Assembly: GCF_006345805.1 (NCBI RefSeq)
Contig: NC_043002.1
Span: 51,832,001 to 51,896,000, forward strand
DNA length: 64,000 bases
From: Octopus sinensis
Taxonomy: Eukaryota
Reading direction: 5' to 3'
Each line of letters starts with the position of its first letter. Positions within the stretch are counted from its first letter, which is position 1. This document shows positions 24,028 through 37,551 of the stretch, piece by piece. Below the pieces are notes generated by a model. That model saw nothing but the letters and a program-made list of their open reading frames with translations, was not told the DNA's origin and ran no database searches. Made by a program: the position numbers and the translations under genes.

Positions 24028-25013
24028 CTCTAAATACTTAACACGGGTTAGAACCATTAAGACGAAAAATGAAAATTTTTAGAAACCTGCTTCACGACTC
24101 TGTGAAGCGCATCCTTCTTTATATGAGCAACTATGGACGGAGATAGAAAAGTTTGAAGTGGATGGCTTTTTCAAATATCGAACATACGACATAGGCTATT
24201 AGAATTCGATTTTTAAAGAAAAAACAAATGATGTACAGCCTGAGATTTATTAATCTTGAACTATTAAGATGTATAATAATGAGTTGATAAAAAAGAAGTT
24301 TAAATGACTGGAAGAAAGGCAAGATTATTTACTAAAGTTTGTTTATGTAATAATATTTTTTAGACGAAATTTCGAAATAAACCAAACAAGAAGGCATCAT
24401 TTCCCACTTCTACTTCTCCTCCTCCTCTTCCTTATCTTCGTCTTATCATTATTCTCTCCTTACACTACCTCTGCACTTTTCCAGCCCTTTTCTACATCCT
24501 CCAACTCGTTGTCTTCATCATCATGATCATCATCATCGACATAATCATCATCATCGTCATTACTAGTTGAATTGCTTGTCTGAGTAGGGTGTGGCTGGAG
24601 AACAGACAATTTCCATTTCTTTTCTCCCTCTTTCTTTCTTTCTTTCTTTTTTTGTCTCTCTCTCTCTCTCCCCTCGTGAATCTAGTCTGTGACAGCCGAT
24701 GCATATTTTCTAATTACTAGGCCGTGTTAGCTTAATTAAACTTATTGATTAGACAGTGATATAGAGAAAGAAAATTACATTTGCTTACGAGATGCGAGAA
24801 AATGTGACACAACAAACATAAAACAAATGGCTGTGATTGAATAATTGAATAACAAAGCACCTATAATATTAGTTGTATTAATTTAGGTTCGCTGACGCCG
24901 AAAACAGAATGATTTATACAAATCAGTCACCATTCATCGATTTTTATATCCACGCAAATAAAGACATAGTGAAGGTGGAATGCATTGCGCTTTTTTTTTT
25001 GTTACACACACAC

Positions 25014-25078
<65 letters not shown>

Positions 25079-26405
25079 GCGTTGGAAACCATACATGAAA
25101 CCCAAAAAACATTGATAAAAACATAATGTTTTGAAGAACGAGAGAAAATCAAAGTTAACGAAAATATACGGTAATCAACACGAGAGAGATGCAAAAAACA
25201 ATCTAATACTATTATTGCAGTTAATGATATTGATGACATACATACATACATACATACATACATACATACATACATACATACATACATACATACATACATA
25301 CATACATACATACATACATGTGAACTGCCTGCAGCTATCATACTGTTGACACGATCGTATGTGTGTATCTTCACTGTGATGATAAATGATAAAATGAATA
25401 AGTTTGTGTCTATGATGGACGCTGAACGCACGACGCAGTTTATTAAAGCGGTGGTTGTATGTAAGAAGAAAAGCGATATAATGATTATGTTGGAAACTAT
25501 AATCACACAGTCAAGGCATGAAATCAGAAAAGAGCGAGATTCGGGGATCGGTCGAGGACATTTGCCGTTGGGCAAATGTATATCGACAGGGAGTAAGCAG
25601 AAATGTCCCTAGGGAAGGTGAAGTGCATAAGTTAGTATGGCTTCCGCAGGGTCTCTTATGAAGTTAAGATTGCTTGGTCTTAGTATTTACCGGTTTTCTT
25701 TTCGCATCGGCAACATGTGACCAGCAATTTAAGAAGACCTGCTCTCTTTATGTTATTAAAGCTAAGGAATATCTTCATAACGATAATTTAGTATATCGTT
25801 TCTTTCGATATTTCTCTTCAATCTCCAGTCATTTTCACTCTTATCATCGCATCTCTCTCTATCTATCTTATTTTCCCATTTTCTTTTTGTTTGCATCGTC
25901 TTGCAAGCCTTTGACGTCTTCCCCACCAACCAAACACAATATATAATCGATTAGTCCTACTGTATTTCAGTCGAGCTTCTACAAACAACATTAATGGTTC
26001 CTAAGTAGCTGTGTTCAACTCTTACTCGAGTTACAAGAAGCGACGAAGGAAAGAAAAAAAGAAAGAAAGTAATAAAGAAAATATTTTTGTTCGAAATAAA
26101 AACAAAAATATACGTTAAGTGAACCGAACAAATATAGGAGCCTTTGGGTAGTTGCTGGGCTGGGCCTCTTAGAAATAGCCACCAAATCTCCTTAAAATCA
26201 TATCTCGATGTCTTAGAAACCGACATTTCGGATAATGTGGTCCTGAATACTCTGTACAAAGGAAAAAGACGGTATGTTTATGACTGTAGGTCAGCTCAGC
26301 CAGGGCTAAACTACAACAGCAACAGCAAAAGCAACTATCAAACAGTGTATTGTATAGGCTCGGGTGAAATGAAAATCAATATGCAATAAAACGGGATTTG
26401 TTCCT

Positions 26406-26624
26406 AATGGAGGGAGTAACAGATGTTTAAAAAGAGCTTTTGGTACCATATTTAAAGGAAATGAAGTATTTCTTTTTCCCTTATGACGGGAGCATTCCCT
26501 CGCAGTTAATCGTAAGATTCACATGTACTCTTTGAATGAACTCTAGAAATGATGGTCGGAATACTTCATTTCCTTTAAAAATGGTACCAAAATCTCTTTT
26601 TAAACATCTATTACTCCCTCCATT
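26406..26624. repeat. Inverted repeat with ~65-bp arms and an 89-nt spacer
   Basis: 26406-26470 versus 26560-26624, with few mismatches. Confidence 0.9.
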
Positions 26625-26965
26625 CCATAATTTATTTTGAATTTTTAAAAGAAATGTCTTTCTATATTTCATTATTCTTATCTATATTTTTATCTATACT
26701 CTATTATATTTATATATCTATATATTTATTTATCCTTGCATATTTTTAACATTCATGTATATTTTTATATCTCTATATCTTTATATTCTAAATCTATTAA
26801 TATATGTTTTAGAGACAATTTTATCGTATTAAACCCGTATATGTACACATCAATCGTAGTCTCCTTGAGTTGAACTTCTCTGTTTCTTTTGCACTTGTCT
26901 AGCGTCTCGGGTTTGACTCAAGCACTTACATGCTTTCTATGCGTTTCTAAAGAAAATTTATAATT

Positions 26966-27075
<110 letters not shown>

Positions 27076-28044
27076 AGAACGATTGAATAAGTATCAGGAT
27101 TAAAGAAAAGTCCTTGGGTCGATTCATTCGACTAAAAATCCTTCAAGGACTTGCTCCAGCATGGCTGCAGTCTAATGACTGAATCAAGTAAAAGAGAGAT
27201 ATAGATAAGAATAGTAATGTTAGTTGCTGGTTAACCAGCTGGAGATGTTCTTCTGGAGTTAAAAAATAGTAGGAACGTCGATCCGTACGGAACAGCCATG
27301 TTGAAGTGGCAACAAACATTATTTTTCTGTAGAGTTACTACTTGCATTTCTTATAGAGATTTTAGAACTAGCTTCTTTATTTGTTTAAAAGAAGGGATGC
27401 TTTAAAGGAAGGAATCTTAATAATGACTGTTCTGGGATTAATATAGAAAAGCCCTTCTTCCTGAATGAATATATCAACACAAGGAATACTTTGAAGCATT
27501 CTTATCAATACTTCAACCAACTGCAAACATTACACTCAAGATATTGTTGTTTGAGACAAACAAAAGAAAGTATGTACGGTCATGCACGTCAACTGTCTTG
27601 CTGATGTGAATTTTTTTACTCTGAAAATCAAAGAGAAAGACTCCAGCTTGGAAACATCTGACTTCTAGACCTAGATTTAAATTCATACGTATATTAAATT
27701 CATACGTATATCAACAATAAGTGGTGCACTTAGTTAAGTGAGCAAATGCCTCAGTCTTTATCTGGATAAACTGAGGTTTCCAGATAAAGAAATCACCCAG
27801 TTAACTCGTACATTATAAACACGATCTGTAAGTGGAAAAGTAAAACTATACAAGACTTTTCTCAAGTTCAAATTGTAAATTTGCTTTTCTATCAACATTC
27901 TAACGATGGGGCTTTTTATCTTTGTTAGAAAACAGCTCCTTCTTACAAGACTTCAAATAATCAAACACAGAAGAGAGCAATCATACACATACAAACAACA
28001 CTTCCCTCACACACACACACACACACTCACACACGCATACACAC

Positions 28045-28165
<121 letters not shown>

Positions 28166-28239
28166 TATGCACGTATTTTTCATCTCGCCTCACACACACA
28201 CATACACACACGCACACGCACACACTCACACATACACAC

Positions 28240-28530
28240 ACATCTGTTGGGTTACCAACCTTGTCTCCACTCTTTTGCCTTTAAAAACCCACTTTGCTCT
28301 TGTTATCGTCAACATCCGCCTTTCACCATGTGCAACTCGTAAACACCAGTCGTCTTTTTCTCTTTCCCTGTTGCCCGCTCTGGGATCTTTCTTTCCTCTC
28401 TCTTCCTTCTTTATGTTTCCGACGAAGAGCTCCGCTCGAAACGTCATACCTCCCTGCTTCCATCTCCTGAGCGCCTATTAATAATAATACTGTAATTGTT
28501 CCTGTTGTTGTTGTTTTTTTTGTTTCCCTT
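28240..28530 (+). mobile_element. Penelope-type terminal-repeat remnant with hammerhead-like motif (28415-28449)
   Basis: GTTT-CCGACGA-A-GAGC-tcc-GCTC-GAAAC-GTC-ATAC, homologous to 17185-17468. Confidence 0.55.
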
Positions 28531-28542
28531 TTGGATTAAAAT

Positions 28543-28588
<46 letters not shown>

Positions 28589-28592
28589 GCAC

Positions 28593-28638
<46 letters not shown>

Positions 28639-29419
28639 CATATGTATATATGTGATTATGCATATGCATACATACACATTTATACATATTTAAGAGATAG
28701 AAAAATACAACGAACCACACCAATAAAATAACTCTATCATTCTTACATGTGTCTCACTGAAAGAAACAAACGCTCCCTAACTATGAAATAAAATAAATTG
28801 ACATTAAAATGAATTAATGTAAAGGCCATTTTCTCTAGACAAAACATTGTCTGAAGAAAACGGCCTGTTTACTAGAAATTATGTTTTGAAAAAATAAAAC
28901 AAGGAAACAAAGAGAAAAAGAGATATAAGAACTAAGAAAACACAAGAACAAGAAAACAATTACCAAACTAAGAACCAAACTAATTTCCTTTTGAAAGCCA
29001 ATATCCATAAGCTTGTGCTGGTGCTTGGTTCTTGGTGCGCTGTTGTTATTTTTCATTTGTCTTACATTAAATGTTTTGTTGTTCTGACTGAGCCCAAGGG
29101 TAAGAGCCTCGGTGGTATCAGTGTAAATGCATTTATCACAGAGGGCAACGTTGCTGGCGTCAACATGTCAAAGATTAATCACAAGTCACGAGCAGACGTC
29201 ATCGCGCTGTCAAGAGATGCTTAGTGGCGTGCGCTTTACACAGAGCATTCCGACGGGATCTCGGTGCTTGTCTACATGTACGTTGTACGCATGTACATTT
29301 AAGCGACATGTGTATACAAGCATATGCGAGTGTGCAATGTGCAATACAAAACGGCACAAAAGGCCGCTGTGTGTGTGTGAGTGTGTGTGTAAAAAATAAT
29401 ATAAAAAAATACTAACGAT

Positions 29420-29431
29420 AATAATAATGAT

Positions 29432-29487
<56 letters not shown>

Positions 29488-29488
29488 T

Positions 29489-29551
<63 letters not shown>

Positions 29552-30110
29552 TCTACTATAGGTGCAAAGCCTGAAATTAGGAAGAGGGAGATAGTTGATT
29601 ACATCGACTCCAGTACGCAAATAACAACAACAACAACATCAACAATAATTATGATGATGATGATGATGATGATGATAATAATAATAGTAATAATAATTAT
29701 AATCCTTTCTACTATAGAGACAAAGCCTGAAATTTTGGCAGGCGGGGACTAGTCATTTACATTGACCCCAGTGTTTCACATCGACCCCAAAACTATGAAA
29801 AGCAAAGTCGACCTCGGCAGAATTTGAACTCAGAACGCAGCGACGGGGGAAATCTCGCAAAGCATTTCGCCCGGCGTGGTAACGATTCTGCAAGCTCGCC
29901 GCTTTATACAATAATGAAAATAGTCCTTTCTACCATAGGCACAAGGCCTGGATTTTGTGGGGAGGGGAATAGTCGAACATATCGACCCCCAGTACTCGAC
30001 TGGTACTTAATTTATCGACCGCGAAAGGATGCAAGACAAAGTCGACCTCGGCGGAATTTGAAATCAGAACGTTGAGACGGACGAAATACTGCTAAGTATT
30101 TTGTCCGGAG
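29420..30110 (-). mobile_element. (TAA)n array plus tandem old SINE-A copies
   Basis: TAA array at ~29420-29550. SINE pieces at ~29555-29610, 29700-29905 and 29925-30110. Confidence 0.8.
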
Positions 30111-30116
30111 CGCAAA

Positions 30117-30277
30117 ATAACAATAATAATCGGTTGTTCTGTCGATTTCGATGTACGGCTACGTTTGGGGCACTGCGTTGAAAGCTTTAGTAGAACAAAT
30201 CTCGTTTAATTTACGGGCGGGAATGTAAACAAACCAACACCACTTGTCAAGTAGAGGCGGGGGGCAGTCACAACACA

Positions 30278-30330
<53 letters not shown>

Positions 30331-30566
30331 CACACACACACGTATACCTTACATGCAAAAACTTCCGCAGCCCCATGCAGATATAATTATTATCAAACAT
30401 TTTCATTTCGCATTTTTCGCAAATTATACTGTCAATGGAATCATAATCAATGTTTGGGAATCTGCTCTCACTAGCGTCCTGACTATATAAATGTTTTATA
30501 CATATAAACACACATACACGCACAGATACACACACATATACATACATAGAGACATGCATATATAAA

Positions 30567-30646
<80 letters not shown>

Positions 30647-30748
30647 TACAAACATGCATGTGCACTTACATACATAGATACATGCATACATAAACGCAGA
30701 CATACATACATATATATATATATATACAATTATGCATGTGCACATACA

Positions 30749-30782
<34 letters not shown>

Positions 30783-30997
30783 CATACATATATGCATGCA
30801 TACATATATAGTTATGCTATATTCGGTTAGGATGGTGACTGCTCCCACCTCCACTTGACAAGTGGTGTTGGTTTGTTTACATTCTCGCCCGTAAATTAAC
30901 CGAGATTCTTTCGGATAAAGCAACGCAGTGCTCCAAACGTAGCCGCACATCGAAATCGACGGAACAACCGATTATTATCGTTAGTATTTTTTTGATA
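30117..30997. repeat. Long inverted repeat (~150-bp arms) enclosing microsatellites; possible non-autonomous DNA transposon or foldback
   Basis: 30117-30271 is the reverse complement of ~30836-30985 with scattered mismatches. Confidence 0.85.
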
Positions 30998-31447
30998 TTA
31001 TTTTGTACACACGCACACACACACCCTCACAATTACCCAACTACCGGTAGCATTATTGTATATTTCCAAGATTATGTTTGGGCATTCGTCGTGTATGCAT
31101 AAAAAATTGAAGAAATTGGAGTCAACAAGAAGGAGTACGGTCGGACAGTTACGTTTCCACACAACGTAGTTCTCCAAGAATACAGGTATTTGATCATGCA
31201 AATGTCTGTTTTGATAATGAGATCTTGTGTTTCCTCAGGTGAAATTCAAGCATTGCCTCCGTTAGTTTAAATCTTCGACTTCATGGTCATCCCATCCGTC
31301 CATCTTGCTTTAAATTTAGTAGCAATGGGTAAATTCCTGCTGTTTACTGCCAGAGTGCTTTGGGCGGTCTGCTATGAGTGTTAGTGGGTGGCTATTTTGG
31401 TACCGGCTGACCGCTGACCTGTTCTTCATGTTTGGCTGCACATGTGA

Positions 31448-31521
<74 letters not shown>

Positions 31522-31527
31522 CATTAT

Positions 31528-34500
31528 TCAGTAGTTTCATTTTTATAGCGTGCTTTCACTTCACTACCGAGCGCAGCTCTGTGTGCCTTGGGTATGTGCT
31601 GTGATTTGTTGTGATGCTCTGATGGTTATTGTATGGAAAGTGTTCTGCGTAGGATGTGTGCAGTGCCTAGTAGTGCAATTTTCTGTATGTTATATGTGTT
31701 TGTAAGTCCTGGTGTTTTTGTTATGTATTTGTCTGAATATTTTTTTATCATGCCTAATGCACCTACTATGATAGGAATTGTTTCTGTTTTCAGATTCCAC
31801 ATTCTAGTTACCTCTATTTCCAGGTCTTTGTATTTTGAGAGTTTCTCCATTTCTTTTAGAGACACGTTGTCATCTGCCGGTATTGATACATCAATTAGAA
31901 AGCATTTTTTTTCTTCATGATCTCTGACAACTATATCTGGTCTGTTGGCCTTAATTTCTCTATCTGTGTGTATCGGCATATCCCAGAGTATGGTTGTTTT
32001 CTCGTTTTCTGTGACCTTTTCTGGTGTGTGCCTATACCATCTTTTTTCTGTTGTTATTCCATAATGTTGGCATAGCTTCCAATGTATGTAGGTTCCAACT
32101 CTGTCATGTCTGTGAATATATTCCTTCTTAGCCAGGACTGGGCAGCTAGAGATAATATGATTTATTGTCTCTTGTCCATCTCCACATATTCTGCAGTTAC
32201 TTGTAATATTTCTTTTCATTACATGTGTTTGGTAATTTCTGGTGGGAAGGCTTTGGTCTTGTGCTGCAATTAAAAATCCCTCTGTTTCTGCTTTGAGTCC
32301 TGAGCTTCTCAACCATTGCTGGGATTTTTCTTTGTCTATTTCTTTTGCGTTTAGTTTAGTCCAGTATTTACCATGAAGGGGCTTTTCTTGCCATCGTTTT
32401 ATCATGGTTCGTTGCTGTTCTATTTTTAGTTTGGATTTCATTTGTTTTATAGCTTTTGTTGTTTCTTCATCTTCTTCTTCTTCTTCTTCTTCTTCTTCTT
32501 CATGTTTATTAGGTGGTATGATTTCTTGTTTGTATTTGTCAGCTTCCTTAAATACTGAGAACAGTTTTTTGTTTTGCTCGTGTTTTGCCGCTATCTGGAT
32601 CAATTTTCCTTCCTTCTGAAGTAGATATTTTTGCAGTCCTATGGTGGTTATTTTATAGTAGTTTTCCAGCTGTATAAGGCCTCTACCACCTTCTATACGT
32701 TGTATATATAGTCTTTCTATGTCAGATTTTGGGTGATGCATCCTAGATCCTGTCATTATTTTCTTGTTTTCCTATCTATTTTGGACAGTTCATTTCGTGT
32801 CCAGTTAAGGATATTGTAGCTGTAACTTATAACTGGGACAGCTAAAGTGTTGATACCTATTATCTTGCTTTTAGCATTGAGCTCTGTTTTTAGTATTGAT
32901 CTAACTCGTCTATAATATTCTTTTTTTATTTTCTCTTTCATTGTGTGTGTTGTGTCTTATCTAGTTCATGGATTCCTAAGTATTTGTAAGTTTGGCTTTG
33001 GTCTAATTCTTTTATTTCATTGGTTTTATCTAGTGTGATGTTGTTACTCTTAACTAGTTTTCCTCTTTTCATGGTTACTTTGGCGCATTTTTCTAATCCA
33101 AATTTCATATCTATTTCTTTGGTAAATCCATGAACTGTCTTTAATAGTGTTTCCAGCTGTTTGTCATTTGCAGCGTATAGTTTTAGGTCATCCATATATA
33201 AAAGGTGGCTGATCGTTTTGCCGTAACATTTATATCCGCATCCAGTTCTATTTAGCATATCAGATAGAGGTGACAGTGCCAAGCAGAAAAGGAGTGGAGA
33301 GAGCGTGTCTCCCTGGAATATTCCTCTTCTAATGGGGATGTCTTTGGTTTTCATGAGTCCCTCTTTTGTTTGGAGGTGTAGGACTGTTTGCGATTTATTC
33401 ATAGAGTGCTCTATGAATTTTATGGTGCTACTTTGTTAATGGCTAGTGTTTCGAGGATCCATGTGTGGGGGATGCTATCAAACGCCTTTTTGTAGTCAAT
33501 CCAGGCCATACTGAGGCCTTTCTTCTTTCTGTGGCTGTCTTCAGTTACGGCTTTATTAATCATTAGTTGATCTTTACAGCCATATGAGCCTTTGCGGCAT
33601 CCTTTCTGCTCTTCTGGGAACAGTTTGTTTTCGTCCAGGTGCTTGTTTAGCCTTTGCGATATCACTGCAGTAAATGCCTTGAACATAGTAGGGAGGCAGG
33701 TTATTGGTCTTTAGTTTTCTGGTTTTGCTGTTTCATTTGATTTGGGAATTAAGATGGTTTTCCCTTTCGTGAGCCATTCAGGCATTGTCTCTGGCTCTGC
33801 TAGTATGTTGTTAAAGTTTTCAGCCAGCTTTTTGTGCATTCCTGTTAGATATTTCAACCAGAAGTTGGGGATCTTGTCGTGCCCAGGTGCCTTCCAGTTG
33901 CTTAGTTTTTGCAGTGCCTGGGTGACCTCTTCAGTTGTTATGGGGGTCCAAAGTTTTTCAGATGCCGAGTTTGTTATTTTGATACTCCTTTTTTTTGGCT
34001 GTTCGTTCGCCGACCATATTTCTCTCCAGAATTCTTCCAGTTCTTCTGCCGTTGGTGCTGCAGTGACTTCTATTTTATTTTTGCCCATTTCTTGGTAGAA
34101 CTTTTTGGGGTTGGAGTTGAACTTTTTGTTTTGTTCAAAGAAGCGTTGGCGTTTCTCGTACCGGCGGTCCTTTGAGCTTTGGCAAGGATATCTTGCTTCA
34201 GCTTTTCTTTTATCTCCGGCAAATCTTTTTCTGTGATGTTATATTTGTGGAGTATTTTTGTTCTCTTTTTGTTGCTCAGTAGCGTTGATTGTTTGCTGAT
34301 TTCATTAAGAATCGACAGGTCTTTTCTAATTTTTTAAATTTTGTTTTGGATGTTATTTATCCACAGGGTTTGTTTGGGTGGTGGTACTCCTGTTTGGGCG
34401 GGTTTGGGTGAGTATCCAGCTTCTTTTGTGGCTGCAGTGGCTGCTGCGTATATTAAGTCATTTAGCTCAGTGATATCACTTTTTTTTGTTTCAGTGGCTA

Positions 34501-34540
34501 TTAGTTCAGTGACGGCTAGGTTTATGCTGTTTATAATTGG

Positions 34541-34541
<1 letters not shown>
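31528..34541 (-). mobile_element. R4/Dong-clade non-LTR retrotransposon, 5'-truncated (RT, CCHC finger, restriction-like endonuclease)
   Basis: RT motifs DYKKAFDSIPH, GIFQGDTLSPLLF and HLLYMDDLKLY. Zinc finger CRICGDGQETINHIISSC, RHD motif, and RPD..D..K endonuclease (NRPDIVVRD...IDVSIP...EKLSKY). The stop is at 31626, followed by a ~100-bp 3' UTR, with (TAA)n on both sides. Confidence 0.93.
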
Positions 34542-34618
<77 letters not shown>

Positions 34619-34775
34619 ATTATTATTATTTATTAATAATATATTTACATGTATGTATTTATGTGTACATACATATGTAACTATGTTTATAGAATTGTAA
34701 AATTCGGCACTGCTTTTCAAAAAAGAAAAGAAAAACTATCGCAGAAAACGCACATGATAGCTTGTTTATAAAAAC

Positions 34776-34782
34776 AACACTA

Positions 34783-34870
<88 letters not shown>

Positions 34871-34875
34871 CCTAC

Positions 34876-34974
<99 letters not shown>

Positions 34975-35035
34975 CCTATCTATCTATCTATCTATCTACC
35001 TATCTATCTAGCTATCTATCTATCTATCTATCTAC

Positions 35036-35111
<76 letters not shown>

Positions 35112-35112
35112 T
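34776..35112. repeat. (TATC)n tetranucleotide array with TACC variants
   Basis: Directly visible. Confidence 0.95.
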
Positions 35113-35844
35113 TACATTTGTATGCGTGTTTCCACAAATGTCTTTAATCATTTCTTTTATAAAGCCTAAGCAATGCGTGTTATAAAAAACGGTACAGTTC
35201 GAAGGTTTGAATATTTACCTTGAACTGCCGTATTTCAAGGTTATGACACTTTCTCCACGGAATCTTTTTTTTTTTTTCATTTCTTTCACTCATTGGACTG
35301 CAGTCATGATGGGCACCTCTTTGAAAGTTTTTGTCGAGCAAATTGACTCCCGTGCTTGCTTTTACGTCTGGTACTTAACCATTCTGTCGTTTTCCCGAAA
35401 CTTGAAGTTACGGTGACGTAAAATAAAAATCAACATTGTCAAGTGGTGTTGAATCATATTCAACACACCCGAACACAAACACACACACACAGACACACAC
35501 ACACAATATTAATAATGATGAAAAATTTAGTCAGAGAGAAGGATGGAGTAGGGTTGTCTTATTTATTTATATACAATTAAAATATGCCTAGAATTTCTGA
35601 GAAATTGATACAATAGTGCTTAAAGCACAGGCACTGACGCGCGCGTGAGTGAACAAAGAAATGAAAATGACAATTAAAATATTTGGTAGGGGTTACATAT
35701 ATTTTCTAATAACAATTGACCCAGCTCCATATGACGGACATATCTCATCAGATATCTTCTGCCGATGTCAAATAGGGTGACTCTGTCTAATTGAGCTAAG
35801 TCAAGCTAATTTACACACACACACACACACACATGTATATAGAT

Positions 35845-36072
35845 TCTTTTACCTGTTTCGGTCATTTGACTGCGGCCATACTGGGGCACCGCCTTAAAGG
35901 GTTTTTTAGACGAAGAAATCGACCCCAGGACTTATTCTTTGTAAGCTTAGTACTTATTATATCGGTTTATTTTGACGAACCGCCAAGTTACGGGGACGTA
36001 AACACACCAACATCAGTTATCAAGTGATGGTCGGGGAACAAACACAGACACAAAGACACACGCATACACACA

Positions 36073-36110
<38 letters not shown>

Positions 36111-36250
36111 ACGGGCTTCTTTCAGTTTCCGACCACTAAATCCACTCACAAGACCTTGGTTGGCCCGAGGCTATAGTAGAAAACATTTGCCCAACGTACC
36201 AGGCAGTTGCACTGAACCCGGAACCATGTGGTTGGGAAGCAAGCTTCCAC
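35845..36250 (-). mobile_element. SINE-B near-full-length copy
   Basis: Head end gggaagcaagcttc...actgaacccgg (B-box-like on the minus strand), internal CA/TA tract, 3' ...cttttacctgtttcggtc. Confidence 0.8.
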
Positions 36251-36251
36251 T

Positions 36252-36339
<88 letters not shown>

Positions 36340-36409
36340 TGTATTTATATATATATATATATCTGTTACTTGTTTCAATCATTAGCCTGTGGCCATGCTG
36401 GGACACTGG

Positions 36410-36640
36410 AGACGCGTGGCTTTGTGGTTAGGAACTCATGATCGTAAGGTTGTGGTTTCGATTCCTGGGCCGGGTGACGCATTAAGTTCTCGAGCAAAAT
36501 ACTTCATTTCACATTACTCCAGTCCTCTCATCTCGCAAAAATGAATAATCCTGCGATGGACCGGCAGACCATCCAGGTAGTGAATATATACGCCATGGAA
36601 ACCGGGAAACTGGCCCTCTGTGCCTATATGACTAGGGACG
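36410..36640 (+). mobile_element. SINE-C (third tRNA-derived family)
   Basis: gtggttagg...tgatcgtaaggttgtggtttcgattcctgg (B box). The same head occurs on the minus strand at 52050-52250. Confidence 0.7.
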
Positions 36641-37137
36641 GATATTTATCCTGTTATCTATTTTAGTGCGGTACATATACAAACACATGAGATCACATCT
36701 AAAAGACAGATGTGTTGCTTTACCCCACCCCTGTGTATGGTACCATTTTACAATGCCATCTCTGTTCTGAAATAGCTACCTGCATACCCAGTTTTCTCAG
36801 GCTCATTCATCTCACTTATTCCCATCATCCACTTCGACTGTAACCCTGATCAGATAATACTGCTCGAAATATTTTGTCCAATTATTTGTCCCAGGAACTA
36901 AAACCCTTTTTGACCAGCTTTTTTCTTGTTGTTATAAATCTACAATTAAACACCATCGATTTCACTCGTCAAGAAATGTGGCAAATACTATGGGCACTAG
37001 CCATCTAACTAATAAAAGGGAAAACAAACAGTTAAAACATTTTCGGCAAATTTCATTTTTCTGCTTCTCAGAAAATGCTTTAGCCCTCAACAATTTATAA
37101 TACCGTGTAGCACATCAGGCAATACGTCAGTCTCATA

Positions 37138-37551
37138 GGTGGCAAGCTGGAAGAATCGTTAGCATGCCGGGCGAAATGCTTAGTGGTATTTCGTCTGTAG
37201 TTACGTTCTGAGTTCAAATTCCGCCGAGGTCGACTTTGCATTTCTTCCTTTCGGGGTCGATTAAATAAGTACCAGTTACGCACTGGAGTCGATATAATCG
37301 ACTTAATCCGTTTGTCTATCCTTGTTTGTTTTCTCTGTGTTTAGTCCCTTGTGGGTAGTAAAGAAATAGGTATTTCGTCTGCCGCTATGTTCTGAGTTCG
37401 AATTCCACCGAGGTCGACTTTGTCTTTCAACCTTTCGGGGTCGATCAAATAAATACCAGTTACGCACTGGGGTCGATGTAATCGACTTAATCCCTTTGTC
37501 TGTCCTTGTTTAACCCCTCATGCTTAGCCCCTTGTGGGCAATAAAGAAATA
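37138..37551 (+). mobile_element. Composite (apparent dimer) SINE-A with TSD
   Basis: TSD aatacgt(c)agtctcata at 37121-37137 and 37552-37567. The internal junction gaaat|aggtatttcgtct is at 37367/37368. Confidence 0.92.

Noticed and set aside
27400-27900. Possible Penelope-type RT remnants (FLDLDL, IVN-like)
   Set aside because: The motifs are too short and fragmented to support a call without an alignment.
34334-34720. ORF with poly-Asn apparently extending the Dong protein N-terminally
   Set aside because: The poly-Asn is the flanking (TAA)n target read in frame. The element is 5'-truncated at ~34541.
36770-36945. Minus-strand segment with acceptor/donor-like sites and a faint FN3-like peptide
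   Set aside because: No frame is open between the strong splice sites.
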